From Longimicrobiales bacterium (GTDB lineage: Bacteria > Gemmatimonadota > Gemmatimonadetes > Longimicrobiales > RSA9): 64,000 bases of DNA. Below, in pieces: positions 27,365 to 36,952 of this stretch. The notes under the pieces are model-generated. The model worked only from the letters and a program-made list of their open reading frames with translations. It did no database searches and was not told the origin of the DNA. The DNA lies in the NCBI GenBank assembly GCA_035461085.1, contig DATHVW010000018.1, positions 8,387 through 72,386 of the forward strand, written 5' to 3'. The stretch's first letter is position 1. Every line of letters starts with the position of its first letter. The position numbers were made by a program, and so were the translations under genes.

Positions 27365-29716
27365 CTACCGTTCCGTATCCGCCATCCTCGCGGCCGCACC
27401 GACCGGCTGCGGGGGCGGCGGCTGCTGTTCCTCTGGCTCGATCGCGAACCCGATGCGTCCGCCGCGCGGGCTCTCCTGCTTGAGCGTGCGGATGAGGTCG
27501 CGGTACTCGCGGTCCATCTCCGGCGTCACGGACGCGCGCGTCTCCTTCAGCGCGTCCTCGAAGTAATTCATGGTGACCTGCTCGACATCGAGGTTGTCAC
27601 GGAGCGCCTGCAGGCCGGCGCGTCGCACCACGTCCTCCAGGTCGGCGCCGGTGTAGCCTTCCGTCCGTGTGGCGACGGCTTCCAGGTCCACGTCATCGCC
27701 GAGCGGCATGTTGCGCGTGTGGATCTTCAGGATGTGCAGGCGGCCATCACGCTCGGGCACGGGCACGTAGATGAGATCGTCGAAGCGGCCCGGCCGGAGC
27801 AGAGCCGGGTCGAGCAGTGCCGGCCGGTTCGATGCGGCAATGACGACCACGCCGCGCAGCTCCTCCAGTCCGTCCATCTCCGCGAGCAGCGTGTTCACGA
27901 CGCGCTCGGTGACCGCGGGCTCACCGAGCCCGCCGCCGCGCGACGGTGCGAGTGAGTCGATCTCGTCGATGAAGATCACGGTCGGCGCGACCTGTCGCGC
28001 GCGCTGGAACAGGCGCGAGATCTGACGCTCCGACTCGCCATACCACTTCGACAGCAGGTCGGACGATTTGGTGGCGATGAAATTCGCCTCCGCCTCGCGG
28101 GCGACGGCCTTCGCGAGCATCGTCTTGCCGGTGCCGGGCGGGCCGAACAGCAGGAACCCCTTGGCGGGCCGGATGCCGAGGCGCTCGAAGCTCTGCGGAT
28201 GGCGCAGCGGCAGCTCGACGCCGTCGCGCAGCTCCCGCTTCGCTTCATCCAGACCACCGACATCATCCCAGCTGACGTTCGGCGCCTCGATCATGATCTC
28301 GCGCAGCGCCGAGGGCTGCACGCGCTTGAGCGCGCGCATGAAGTCCTCCCGCGTGACGCGCAGGTTCTCGATCACCTCGCGGGGGATCTCGCCGGCATCG
28401 AGGTCGATGCCCGAGACACTGCGGCGCAGCGTCTCCATGGCCGCCTCACGCGCGAGTGCCGACATGTCCGCACCGACGAAGCCGTACGTCACGCGCGCCA
28501 GCTCGTCCAGCGCGACATCCTCCTCCAGCGGCATGCCGCGCGTGTGGATGGCGAGTATCTCACGGCGGCCCTGCACGTCCGGCACGCCGATGACGATCTC
28601 CCGATCGAAGCGGCCGGGACGACGCAGCGCTTCGTCGATGGCGTCCACACGGTTGGTGGCGCCGATCACGACCACGTTCTGGCGCGGCTCCAGGCCATCG
28701 AGCAGCGTGAGCAGCTGCGCTACCACCCGGCGCTCGACCTCCCCCGTCACCTCTTCCCGCTTCGGCGCGATCGAGTCGATCTCGTCGATGAAGATGATGG
28801 ACGGCGACTGCTGCTGCGCCTGCTGGAATACCTCACGCAGCCGCTGCTCCGACTCGCCGTAATAACGTCCCATGATCTCGGGGCCCGCGATATGGAAGAA
28901 GCGGGCGTCGGCCTCGTTGGCGACAGCGCGGGCGAGCAGGGTCTTGCCGGTTCCGGGCGGACCGTAGAGCAGCACGCCCTTCGGCGGATCGATGCCGAGC
29001 CGCTGGAACAGCTCCGGATGCTTCAGCGGCAGCTCGATCATCTCGCGCACCTGGCCGAGCGTCTCACCGAGCCCGCCCAGATCGTCGTACGTCACCGCAG
29101 CCGGGCGCTGCTCATCCATTTCCACGAATTCCGGGAGCAGCTCGATCTCCGTGTCCTGCGCGATCTGCACGACACCGCGCGGCGTCGTCGAGATCACGCG
29201 CAGCCGGATCTCCTGCAGGCCGAACGCCGGCTGCTCGAAGAACATCCGGAACAGGTCGTCCGGCACGCCACTTCCCGGCTGCTGCTGCATCTGATTGCGC
29301 TGATAGATCGACGTCGAGATGATGTCGCCTGCGACCAGCGGCCGCTGGAACAGAGTGCGCCGGAGCATCTCGCCCGAGCCGACCAGCCGCAGGTTCTTCT
29401 GCGCCGGCGCCAGCTGGATGCGACGGGCCGGCTTCGTGTCCGCGGCCTTCACGGATACGTGGTCGCCAATGCTGACGCCGGCGTTTCCGCGCTGGAGGCC
29501 GTCCAGCCGGATCACATCGAGCCCCTCGTCTTCGGCGTACGGCGGCAGCGCCAGCGCGGCGGTCGGCCGCTTGCCCGCGATCTCGATCACTGCGCCTTCG
29601 CGCACGCCCAGTGTCTGCATGGACTTGCGGCTCAAGCGCGCAGTGCCGGTCCCCACGTCCTGCGGCTTTGCGCCCGCGACCTGCAGCTTCGTGCCGTCCT
29701 GCGTCTGTTCCGCCAT
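27365..29716 (-). CDS. CDC48/VCP-like double AAA+ ATPase
   Basis: CDC48 N-domain-like start ([23 protein letters not shown]) is present. Two AAA modules each carry GPPGTGKT and DEID Walker motifs. ATG 29716 has a GGAGGAAG RBS. Confidence 0.92.
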   Translation of the reverse strand: MAEQTQDGTKLQVAGAKPQDVGTGTARLSRKSMQTLGVREGAVIEIAGKRPTAALALPPYAEDEGLDVIRLDGLQRGNAGVSIGDHVSVKAADTKPARRIQLAPAQKNLRLVGSGEMLRRTLFQRPLVAGDIISTSIYQRNQMQQQPGSGVPDDLFRMFFEQPAFGLQEIRLRVISTTPRGVVQIAQDTEIELLPEFVEMDEQRPAAVTYDDLGGLGETLGQVREMIELPLKHPELFQRLGIDPPKGVLLYGPPGTGKTLLARAVANEADARFFHIAGPEIMGRYYGESEQRLREVFQQAQQQSPSIIFIDEIDSIAPKREEVTGEVERRVVAQLLTLLDGLEPRQNVVVIGATNRVDAIDEALRRPGRFDREIVIGVPDVQGRREILAIHTRGMPLEEDVALDELARVTYGFVGADMSALAREAAMETLRRSVSGIDLDAGEIPREVIENLRVTREDFMRALKRVQPSALREIMIEAPNVSWDDVGGLDEAKRELRDGVELPLRHPQSFERLGIRPAKGFLLFGPPGTGKTMLAKAVAREAEANFIATKSSDLLSKWYGESERQISRLFQRARQVAPTVIFIDEIDSLAPSRGGGLGEPAVTERVVNTLLAEMDGLEELRGVVVIAASNRPALLDPALLRPGRFDDLIYVPVPERDGRLHILKIHTRNMPLGDDVDLEAVATRTEGYTGADLEDVVRRAGLQALRDNLDVEQVTMNYFEDALKETRASVTPEMDREYRDLIRTLKQESPRGGRIGFAIEPEEQQPPPPQPVGAAARMADTER

Positions 29717-29822
29717 GTGCCTTCCTCCAGCCGGGATGCGCGGGCCACCGAATTGTCGTGATTCCGACCCGGCACAGTGGCAAGAAGCGTGCGTTCCGAG
29801 GGCCGGGCGGCCCGCAGCTTCA

Positions 29823-29877
29823 TGACTTCCTGACAATTGCCCACGAGTTCCTGACAAACTTCTGACACCGCCCTGAC
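29823..29877 (+). promoter_or_regulatory. Helically phased TGAC(A) repeat array in divergent intergenic region
   Basis: TGAC occurs at 29823, 29831, 29852, 29863 and 29874, giving spacings of 8, 21, 11 and 11 nt. The 10-mer TTCCTGACAA repeats exactly at 29827-29836 and 29848-29857. Confidence 0.4.
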
Positions 29878-30045
29878 CTGCGGCCGCGGCCGATGCATCA
29901 TATTCCGGGTGTCGCCTGATGGGCGACATTGGGGGGAACACGAGGCGTGTCGATTCGACCGGGGCGGCAGGACCGGCTGAATCGGCACGTTCTCGTTTCT
30001 TGCATATGCATCGGGCGTACAGTGACGACGACCGAGGAGGGGCGC

Positions 30046-30705
30046 ATGATCCGGGCAGTCTTGCTCGACGTGGATGGGACGCTGATCGACAGCAATGACG
30101 CGCATGCGCGCGCGTGGGTGGACGTGGGGGAGGAATTCGGCTTCGAGATCGAGTTCGGACGGGTGCGCTGGATGATCGGCATGGGCGGTGACCGGGTTCT
30201 GCCCGATCTGACCGGTCTGGAAGAGGAAAGCGAGCGCGGCCGCGAGATGCTGGACCGGCGCGGCGAGATCTTCCGCGAGCGCTACCTGCCGCGGCTCGGC
30301 GCGTTCATGGGCACGCACGACCTGCTGAAGCGGCTGCGCGCCGATGGCAGAAAGCTGGTGGTGGCCACGTCCGCGAGCGGTAAGGACCTTTCCGCACTCC
30401 TGAAACAGGCGGATCTGGGGGACCTCATCGACGACTCCACAAACTCCGACGAGGCGGAGGAGTCGAAACCCGCCCCGGATATCGTGGAGGCGGCGCTCGA
30501 GAAGGCGGGCGTGCCCGCATCAGAGGTGGTGATGCTGGGTGACACGCCGTACGACGTGAAGGCGGCGCAGCGGGCCGGCGTCCGCATCATCGGTCTGCGC
30601 TGCGGCGGCTGGAACGATCGGGACCTGCAGGGTGCCATCGAGATACACGACGATCCGGCAGGGCTGCTGAGGCTGTACGACCGGAGCATTCTGGCCGCCG
30701 ACTGA
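30046..30705 (+). CDS. HAD-superfamily hydrolase (subfamily IA-like)
   Basis: LLDVDGTLIDS motif I, VATSAS motif II and GDTPYDVKAA motif IV are present. ATG 30046 is preceded by GAGGAGG. Confidence 0.88.
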   Translation: MIRAVLLDVDGTLIDSNDAHARAWVDVGEEFGFEIEFGRVRWMIGMGGDRVLPDLTGLEEESERGREMLDRRGEIFRERYLPRLGAFMGTHDLLKRLRADGRKLVVATSASGKDLSALLKQADLGDLIDDSTNSDEAEESKPAPDIVEAALEKAGVPASEVVMLGDTPYDVKAAQRAGVRIIGLRCGGWNDRDLQGAIEIHDDPAGLLRLYDRSILAAD

Positions 30706-30793
30706 GCGCGTCGCACGCCGGATCCTTCGGGCTTCCCGGTGCGCGCGCCACTGTACAGGGTCGGCGCCAGTGCACGATTGCGGCGTCAGCGCT

Positions 30794-31546
30794 TCAGCCC
30801 GGCGCGCGGGCGGCGAGAACGGGACCGAGTACCTCCCAGACGGTGCGGGCGAGGACGCGATGGCCTGCGGCGTTCGGGTGGATGCCGTCATCGAGATTCA
30901 GTGCCGGATCTGCGGCCACACCGTCCAGCAGGAACGGCACGAGTGCGGCGTCGTACTGCCGCGCCAGGTCCGTGAATACGGCGCGGAATCGCGCGCCGTA
31001 ATCCGCCCCGAGGTTGGGGGGCGCCTCCATGCCGATGATGACGATCGCGACATCGGGATGCAGCTCACGGGCGCGTTCCAGGATACCGTCCAGGTTGCTC
31101 CGCATCGCGGCGGGATCGAGGCCGCGAAGCGCGTCGTTCGCGCCGAGCTCGACCACGAGAACGTCCGTCGGCTGCTGGAGCGACCAGTCGATGCGACGCA
31201 GTCCGCCCGCCGACGTTTCCCCGCTGATGCCCGCGTTCACCACGCGGTATGGCAGTCCGGCGGAATCGATCATCTGCTGAAGCACGCCAGGATAGGCCAG
31301 CTCCGCACCGACGCCGTAACCGGCCGTGAGGCTGGTTCCCACGAACAGCACGTTCGCGGCGCTGGCGTCGCGGTCCGTGCGCTCCGGATTCGCCGCCGGC
31401 TCCTGCCGGGCGACCGCGGCCGTGGCCGGGCCCGTATCGGAGTCCTCCGTACGGCCCGGCACGTCCTCCGCCGGACCGGCGCACGCCGTTAGCGTGAGCG
31501 TCAGGAACGCGAGTATTATCCGCCGCATGATGATCATCGCACGCAA
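30794..31546 (-). CDS. tesA: SGNH/GDSL arylesterase-lysophospholipase (TesA-like), secreted
   Basis: Block I VLFVGTSLTAGYG, block III GANDALRG and block V DGIHPNAAGH are present, plus a signal with lipobox. It is divergent from a ybbA/ybbP-like pair, as in E. coli. The start could be 31546, 31537 or 31528. Confidence 0.8.
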   Translation of the reverse strand: MRAMIIMRRIILAFLTLTLTACAGPAEDVPGRTEDSDTGPATAAVARQEPAANPERTDRDASAANVLFVGTSLTAGYGVGAELAYPGVLQQMIDSAGLPYRVVNAGISGETSAGGLRRIDWSLQQPTDVLVVELGANDALRGLDPAAMRSNLDGILERARELHPDVAIVIIGMEAPPNLGADYGARFRAVFTDLARQYDAALVPFLLDGVAADPALNLDDGIHPNAAGHRVLARTVWEVLGPVLAARAPG

Positions 31547-32216
31547 TCTGGGTCAGACGTACCGGAGCGGCACGGAGCCGCTGACGGTTTTGCGCGATGT
31601 CGATCTCGAGATCGCGCAGAACGAATTCGTGGCCATCCTGGGACCGTCCGGCAGCGGCAAGACGACGCTGCTCGGGCTGCTCGCAGGGCTTGATACACCG
31701 GCGACGGGAAGCGTTCAGCTGGCGGGTGCCGCGCTCAGCGAGCTGAGTGAAGATGAGCGTGCCCGGTTCCGCGCCGTCAACATAGGCTTTGTGTTCCAGA
31801 CGTTCCAGCTGGTGCCGACACTGACGGCACTGGAGAACGTGCTGGTGCCGCTCGAGCTGGCCGGCACGCCGGGCAGCGCGCGCGAGCTGGAGGAGCGCGC
31901 GCGCAGGCTGCTCGACCGGGTCGGCCTCGGCGACCGCACGGATCACTATCCGCAGCAGCTGTCGGGAGGCGAGCAGCAGCGGGTCGCGCTGGCGCGCGCA
32001 TTCGCCAGCGAGCCGAGGATCCTGTTCGCGGACGAGCCGACGGGCAACCTCGATGGGGAGACGGGCGGCCGCATCATCGATCTGCTGGTGCGGCTGAACG
32101 AGGAGAGTGCGACGACGCTCGTGCTCGTGACGCACGACCTGGAGCTGGCGCGCCGCGCCGGGCGCATCATCCGTCTCGCGTCAGGCCGCGTGATCTCCGA
32201 CGAACGACAGGGCTGA
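31527..32216 (+). CDS. ybbA: ABC transporter ATP-binding protein (YbbA/LolD-like)
   Basis: Walker A GPSGSGKTT, LSGGEQQRVALARA and ILFADEPTGNLD are present. The start at 31527 or 31530 lies inside a palindrome shared with the divergent gene. Confidence 0.88.
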   Translation: MMIIARNLGQTYRSGTEPLTVLRDVDLEIAQNEFVAILGPSGSGKTTLLGLLAGLDTPATGSVQLAGAALSELSEDERARFRAVNIGFVFQTFQLVPTLTALENVLVPLELAGTPGSARELEERARRLLDRVGLGDRTDHYPQQLSGGEQQRVALARAFASEPRILFADEPTGNLDGETGGRIIDLLVRLNEESATTLVLVTHDLELARRAGRIIRLASGRVISDERQG

Positions 32217-32217
32217 C

Positions 32218-34803
32218 GTGCGCGCGCCGTTCTGGCTCAAGCTCGCCGCGCGGGAGATGCGCGCGAGCGGCCGCAGACTCGCCGTGTACATGGGCGCCAT
32301 CACGCTCGGTGTGGCTGCGCTCGTCGCCATCAATTCGTTCCGCGCGCAGGTGGTCGAGTCGGTTGACAGCGAATCGAAAGCGCTGCTCGGCGCGGACCTG
32401 CGCATCAGCAGCAACCGCGCGTTCCCCGACAGCATCACCGGCATCCTGGATTCCGCATCGACGGCCGGCGTGCCGGTATCGCGCGTCACGACGGCACTGA
32501 CCGTCGCATTGACGCAGGACGGGGCAGTACGGCTGGCGCAGGTGCGCGCCGTGGCCGGTGGATATCCGTTCTACGGCGAGATGGTGACCGAGCCGGCAGG
32601 GCTCTGGTCGCGCGTGCAGGAGGCGCGCACCGCGCTGGCGGAGCAGTCATTGATGGAGCAGCTGGGTGCCGAGGTGGGCGACTCGATACGGCTCGGCGCA
32701 GTGTGGTTCGAGATACGCGGTGTGCTCACATCGCTGCCGCCCGAGCTCTCGTTCCGGAACGCCGTCGGCCCGCGCGTCTACATCAGTGAGCGCATGCTGG
32801 ATGAGACCGGACTGCTCCGGTTCGGCTCGATCGCGCGCTACGAGGCCTACCTCCAGATCCGCGATGACCTGGAGCTTCAGCAGTTCGTCGATCGCAACCA
32901 CGCCGTGTTCAGCCGCGCCGGGGTCGGCTTCGAGACGGCCGCGGAGCAGGCGGAGGACCTGGCGCAGGCGCTGGAGAACCTCGGCCGGTTTCTCGGCCTG
33001 GTCGGCCTGAGCGCGCTGCTGCTCGGCGGGCTCGGCGTTGCGAGCGCCGTGAACGTGTTCGTGAAGGAGAAGCGTCGCACGGTCGCCGTGCTGCGCTGTC
33101 TCGGGGCGACGCAGCGGACCGCGTTCGGGGCATACCTGCTGCAGGCGACGCTGATCGGGTCGCTCGGTGCCCTGCTCGGCGCGCTGCTCGGCGTCGGCAT
33201 CCAGGCCCTGCTGCCCCGGTTGATCGGAACTGCGCTCCCGATCACCGTCCCGTTTGCCGTGCAGTGGGATGTCGTAGCGATCGGCGTGGCCACGGGCGCG
33301 CTCGTCGCGGCGACATTCGCGCTGCTCCCGCTGCTGGCCGTGCGTGGCATCTCACCGCTGCGCGCGCTCCGCCACGACGTGGACGAGCCGGCGCCCCGAT
33401 TCGATCCCTGGCGCATTGCGGCGTTCCTGCTGATCATCGCCAGCGTGGCCGCCGTATCGATATGGCAGGCGCGTCTCTGGCAGGCCGGCCTGCTGTACGC
33501 GGGCGCGCTGATCGTCGGCATGGGCATACTCTGGATCTGCGCGCGTCTGCTCATCCTGCTGACGCGCCGCGTTGCCCGGACGGGCGCTGCGCTCGCACGG
33601 CGCGACCGCAGCGGCTCCGCGCGCAGGCGCGCGTTCACGACACGTCAGGGTATCGCGAACCTGTACCGCCCGCGCAACCAGACCGCGGCCGTGACGATGT
33701 CACTCGGATTCGGCGTCTTCCTCGTGGCAACACTCTGGGTCGTACAGCAGAACCTCCTGTCCTGGCTCGCGCCCGCGGACGGCGCGCCGCAGCCGAACCT
33801 GATCTTCTTCGACATCCAGCGCGACCAGCTCGGCGAGATGCGATCGCTCATGGAGCAGCACGCGGACGCGCCGGCGGAGCTGGTGCCGATCGTGCCCGCA
33901 CGACTGACGGCCATCAACGGCCGCACGATCGATCAGCTGCTGGAAGAGCGGCCGCGTCGCGTGGAGCCGTGGGCGCTCCGCCGCGAGTACCGCCACACGT
34001 ACCGTGACACGCTCACCAGCACCGAGACGCTGGTGGAGGGCGCCTGGTTCGATGAGGCCGCTGCGGCGGAGCCCGGCATCGCGCGCGTGTCGATCGAACA
34101 GGATGTCGCGCGCAACCTCGATGTCAGCATCGGCGACCGCATCACGTGGGACATCACGGGCGTCAGCATCGAGTCGGTCATCACGAGCCTGCGCACCGTG
34201 GACTGGGCACGCTTCGAGACGAACTTCTTCTTCGTCTTCGAGCCCGGCGTGCTGGAGCAGGCGCCACAGAGCGCCGTGTCGCTCGTGGCGGTGCAGAACG
34301 ACTCGGCGCGTGCAGCACTCCAGCGTGAAGCGGTGCAGCGGTTCCCGAACATCTCCGTGGTGGACATCGCAACGGTGCAGCGCGTGCTCCGCCGCATCAT
34401 CGACCGCGTGACGTACGCCATCCGCTTCATGGCCGCGTTCAGCGTGGGCGCCGGCACGCTCGTGCTGTTCGGTGCGATCGCCGCATCACGCTTCCAGCGC
34501 GTGCGCGAGAGCGCACTCCTGCGCGCGCTCGGCGCAACGCGCGCACAGGTACGCCGCATCCTGCTCGTCGAGTACGCTGCGCTCGGCGCGCTCGCCGGCC
34601 TGACGGGTGTGCTGCTCGCCGGCATTGCCGGATGGCTGCTCACGCGCTTCGTTTTCAGCATGCCCTACACCCTGCCCATTGCCACGCTCGCGCTGATCTG
34701 GCTCCTGGTTACGGTCGCCGCCGCCCTGCTCGGGATGCTGAACAGCCGTGAAGCGCTCAGGAGCACGCCGCTCACGGTGCTGCGGGAAGCCGACATGGGG
34801 TGA
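32218..34803 (+). CDS. ybbP: FtsX-like ABC transporter permease (YbbP-like, duplicated MacB/FtsX module)
   Basis: 861 aa with two FtsX-type 4-TM bundles separated by large periplasmic regions. It starts 2 nt after the ATPase stop. Confidence 0.85.
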   Translation: MRAPFWLKLAAREMRASGRRLAVYMGAITLGVAALVAINSFRAQVVESVDSESKALLGADLRISSNRAFPDSITGILDSASTAGVPVSRVTTALTVALTQDGAVRLAQVRAVAGGYPFYGEMVTEPAGLWSRVQEARTALAEQSLMEQLGAEVGDSIRLGAVWFEIRGVLTSLPPELSFRNAVGPRVYISERMLDETGLLRFGSIARYEAYLQIRDDLELQQFVDRNHAVFSRAGVGFETAAEQAEDLAQALENLGRFLGLVGLSALLLGGLGVASAVNVFVKEKRRTVAVLRCLGATQRTAFGAYLLQATLIGSLGALLGALLGVGIQALLPRLIGTALPITVPFAVQWDVVAIGVATGALVAATFALLPLLAVRGISPLRALRHDVDEPAPRFDPWRIAAFLLIIASVAAVSIWQARLWQAGLLYAGALIVGMGILWICARLLILLTRRVARTGAALARRDRSGSARRRAFTTRQGIANLYRPRNQTAAVTMSLGFGVFLVATLWVVQQNLLSWLAPADGAPQPNLIFFDIQRDQLGEMRSLMEQHADAPAELVPIVPARLTAINGRTIDQLLEERPRRVEPWALRREYRHTYRDTLTSTETLVEGAWFDEAAAAEPGIARVSIEQDVARNLDVSIGDRITWDITGVSIESVITSLRTVDWARFETNFFFVFEPGVLEQAPQSAVSLVAVQNDSARAALQREAVQRFPNISVVDIATVQRVLRRIIDRVTYAIRFMAAFSVGAGTLVLFGAIAASRFQRVRESALLRALGATRAQVRRILLVEYAALGALAGLTGVLLAGIAGWLLTRFVFSMPYTLPIATLALIWLLVTVAAALLGMLNSREALRSTPLTVLREADMG

Positions 34804-34831
34804 GCAGCGGGCGGGCGCAGGCGACGAAGGC

Positions 34832-34867
34832 AAAAGAGCCCCCGACCAGCAGGCCGGGGGCTCTTTC
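34832..34867. terminator. Bidirectional intrinsic terminator
   Basis: AAAGAGCCCCCG (34833-34844) / CGGGGGCTCTTT (34855-34866). The A-run and T-run flanks make it usable on both strands. Confidence 0.7.
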
Positions 34868-34884
34868 AAGGAGACGTGAGAGGC

Positions 34885-35556
34885 TTATCGGCCGTGGCGG
34901 CGGATCAGCTCCTGACGGTACTCCTCGCTCGCGAAGATCGCGACCTCGACGCGGCGATTCTGCGCGCGGCCCGCGTCCGTATCGTTCGAAGCGACCGGCT
35001 CGCTCTCGCCCAGACCCTCGGTGCGAATGCGGTTGGCCGGCACGCCCTGCGTGACCAGGAAGTTCTTCGCGGCCGCAGCGCGGCGCTCGGACAGACCCTG
35101 GTTGTAGCTGTCAGAGCCCTGCGCGTCGGTGTGACCGACGATCAGGACTTCCGTGTCGGGATACTCACGCAGGCTGTTGGCCAGGTCCGTGAGGTTCGAG
35201 CGCGCTGCGCCCTTCACCACCGACGAATCGAAATCGAACAGCAGCCCCGAATCGAACGTCACGAGCACGCCCTCGCCGTAACGCTCCACGCGCGCACCCT
35301 CGAGGTCCTCGGCGAGCTCCTCGCGCTGCTTGTCCATCTGCGAGCCGATCACTGCGCCCGCCACACCACCAACCGCCGCGCCGATGATCGCGCCGCGCGC
35401 CGTCGAACCCGTCGCCGCGCCCACCGCGGCACCGACCGCACCACCGGCGCCCGCGCCGATGACGGCGCCGCGCTGTGTCTGATTCAGGCTCGAGCAGCCA
35501 CTCAGTACTGCCGCCAGCGCGACAATCGTCGTGGAATTCCGTAGCATCGTTGTCAT
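34885..35556 (-). CDS. OmpA-family lipoprotein with glycine-zipper segment
   Basis: Lipobox AAVLSG-C is present. A Gly-zipper GAVIGAGAGGAVGAAVGAATG is present. The OmpA C-terminal domain carries FDFDSSVV...GHTDAQGSDSYNQGLSERRA...NRRVEV. Confidence 0.88.
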   Translation of the reverse strand: MTTMLRNSTTIVALAAVLSGCSSLNQTQRGAVIGAGAGGAVGAAVGAATGSTARGAIIGAAVGGVAGAVIGSQMDKQREELAEDLEGARVERYGEGVLVTFDSGLLFDFDSSVVKGAARSNLTDLANSLREYPDTEVLIVGHTDAQGSDSYNQGLSERRAAAAKNFLVTQGVPANRIRTEGLGESEPVASNDTDAGRAQNRRVEVAIFASEEYRQELIRRHGR

Positions 35557-35638
35557 AGACCTATCCTCGGTTGTTCGATAAGTGGCCTCACAGCCGGAAG
35601 CCATCCGGTACATCTCAGGGCAAGGTGGGTGCCAGCAT

Positions 35639-36952
35639 TTACGCGGCCGCGGGCGCGGTAATCACCGCCGTGCCGTCCCCTGCCGGGGACGGAATGGCAG
35701 TCCTGCCATGGTACAACGCGCCGAGCACGGCGATGTGGATGGGCAGAAGCAGTGCAACCAGCGGCCCGTTCATCTGGCGGAGACCGGCAAATCCATGCAG
35801 CAGCAGGCCCAGCATGGAGAATCCCGCGAGCGCGAGGGCCACCGGCCAGGCCAGTCGGGCAACCCGCGAGCTGCTGCTGCCGATCACCGCGAAGGGTGCC
35901 GCGGCGGCCAGCAGGAGGCCCAGCGGGTTCACATGGAGCAGGTTCACGTTCGGGTAGGCGGCCGTGTGATCGGTGAAAAGCCAGAGCATGGCCAGGATCA
36001 GACCGAAGAACCCTGTGGCGACACCCCAGAAAAAAATAGTGAGCGCGACGGCGGCGCGGGCGAACCGGCGCGTCCGGCCGGCATGGGCCAGCACCAGGAG
36101 CCCTGTGGCGCACAGAATCCCGATCAGCAGGTAGATCCACAGGCGCTCCGGCGCGGCGGCCGCCGTCGGCTCGCGATCCGCCTCGAACGCAGCCACTTCC
36201 TCCGCCACCAGTGGCACGACGCGGCCATCGGGACCGGTCACCTGGATCGTGCGGACGTGCCGCATCAGCTCCATGGGAATGAACGACTCCTCCCACGCGT
36301 CGATCGGCCTGTTCGTGGGCAGCCCGAGCCCCAGCATCAGTCCCGTGTACGTCGCCGGGGAGGCGGCGGTGAGCCGCAGGCTGTGTGAGCTGAAGGTCGT
36401 GCCGGTGGGCACACCTTTCAGGGCGTCACCGAGCGCGCCACCGAGCACGCGGTCGAGCGCGTCGCGCACGCGCGTGGAGCAGTTGTCGCGAAAGTAGTCG
36501 TAGAGGTAGTCGCGGTTCTGCGGCAGCCAGTTCCACTCCAGGAACTCGCGCAGTGAGTGACGCTGCGCCGGCGTCAGGTTCAGCCGCTGGAGCGTGACCG
36601 ACCGATTGTACCAGGAGTACGCGGCCAGTGAATTGTCCGCGTCGTCGACGCCCATGCTGTACAGCATGCGGCCCTTCATCAGCCGCGGAACGAAGCTCTC
36701 CTGCTGGAAATCGAAGATCCCGTAATTGTAGGCGATGGTGCTGCGCGTCTGCGCGTCCCGGATCCAGATGGCGTTGTGCCCGAACTTCTCCCATACGGCG
36801 TCGCCCGGACCCATGGTCGCGAGATACACGGTCAGCTCGGAACCCGGCTCGCGCGCCGGCTCCTGCGCAGACGCGCGCGCGGCGGGCTGGAGCACGGAGC
36901 ACAGGACGGCCAGGACAGCCGCCGCGCGGGATACGGTACGGTGCACGTTCAC
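35639..36952 (-). CDS. DUF4105 (Lnb N-terminal)-like domain protein with C-terminal membrane domain
   Basis: MGPGDAVWEKFGHNAIWIRD...YNYGIFDF is typical of DUF4105. About 6 C-terminal TM helices are present. The GTG 36952 start overlaps the upstream stop (GTGA). The start is uncertain. Confidence 0.7.
   Translation of the reverse strand: MNVHRTVSRAAAVLAVLCSVLQPAARASAQEPAREPGSELTVYLATMGPGDAVWEKFGHNAIWIRDAQTRSTIAYNYGIFDFQQESFVPRLMKGRMLYSMGVDDADNSLAAYSWYNRSVTLQRLNLTPAQRHSLREFLEWNWLPQNRDYLYDYFRDNCSTRVRDALDRVLGGALGDALKGVPTGTTFSSHSLRLTAASPATYTGLMLGLGLPTNRPIDAWEESFIPMELMRHVRTIQVTGPDGRVVPLVAEEVAAFEADREPTAAAAPERLWIYLLIGILCATGLLVLAHAGRTRRFARAAVALTIFFWGVATGFFGLILAMLWLFTDHTAAYPNVNLLHVNPLGLLLAAAAPFAVIGSSSSRVARLAWPVALALAGFSMLGLLLHGFAGLRQMNGPLVALLLPIHIAVLGALYHGRTAIPSPAGDGTAVITAPAAA

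Noticed and set aside
28199-29761. 520-aa plus-strand ORF opposite the CDC48-like gene
   Set aside because: It is antisense to a gene with two intact AAA+ modules. Its composition is shadow-ORF-like (Arg/Asp/His/Leu-rich).
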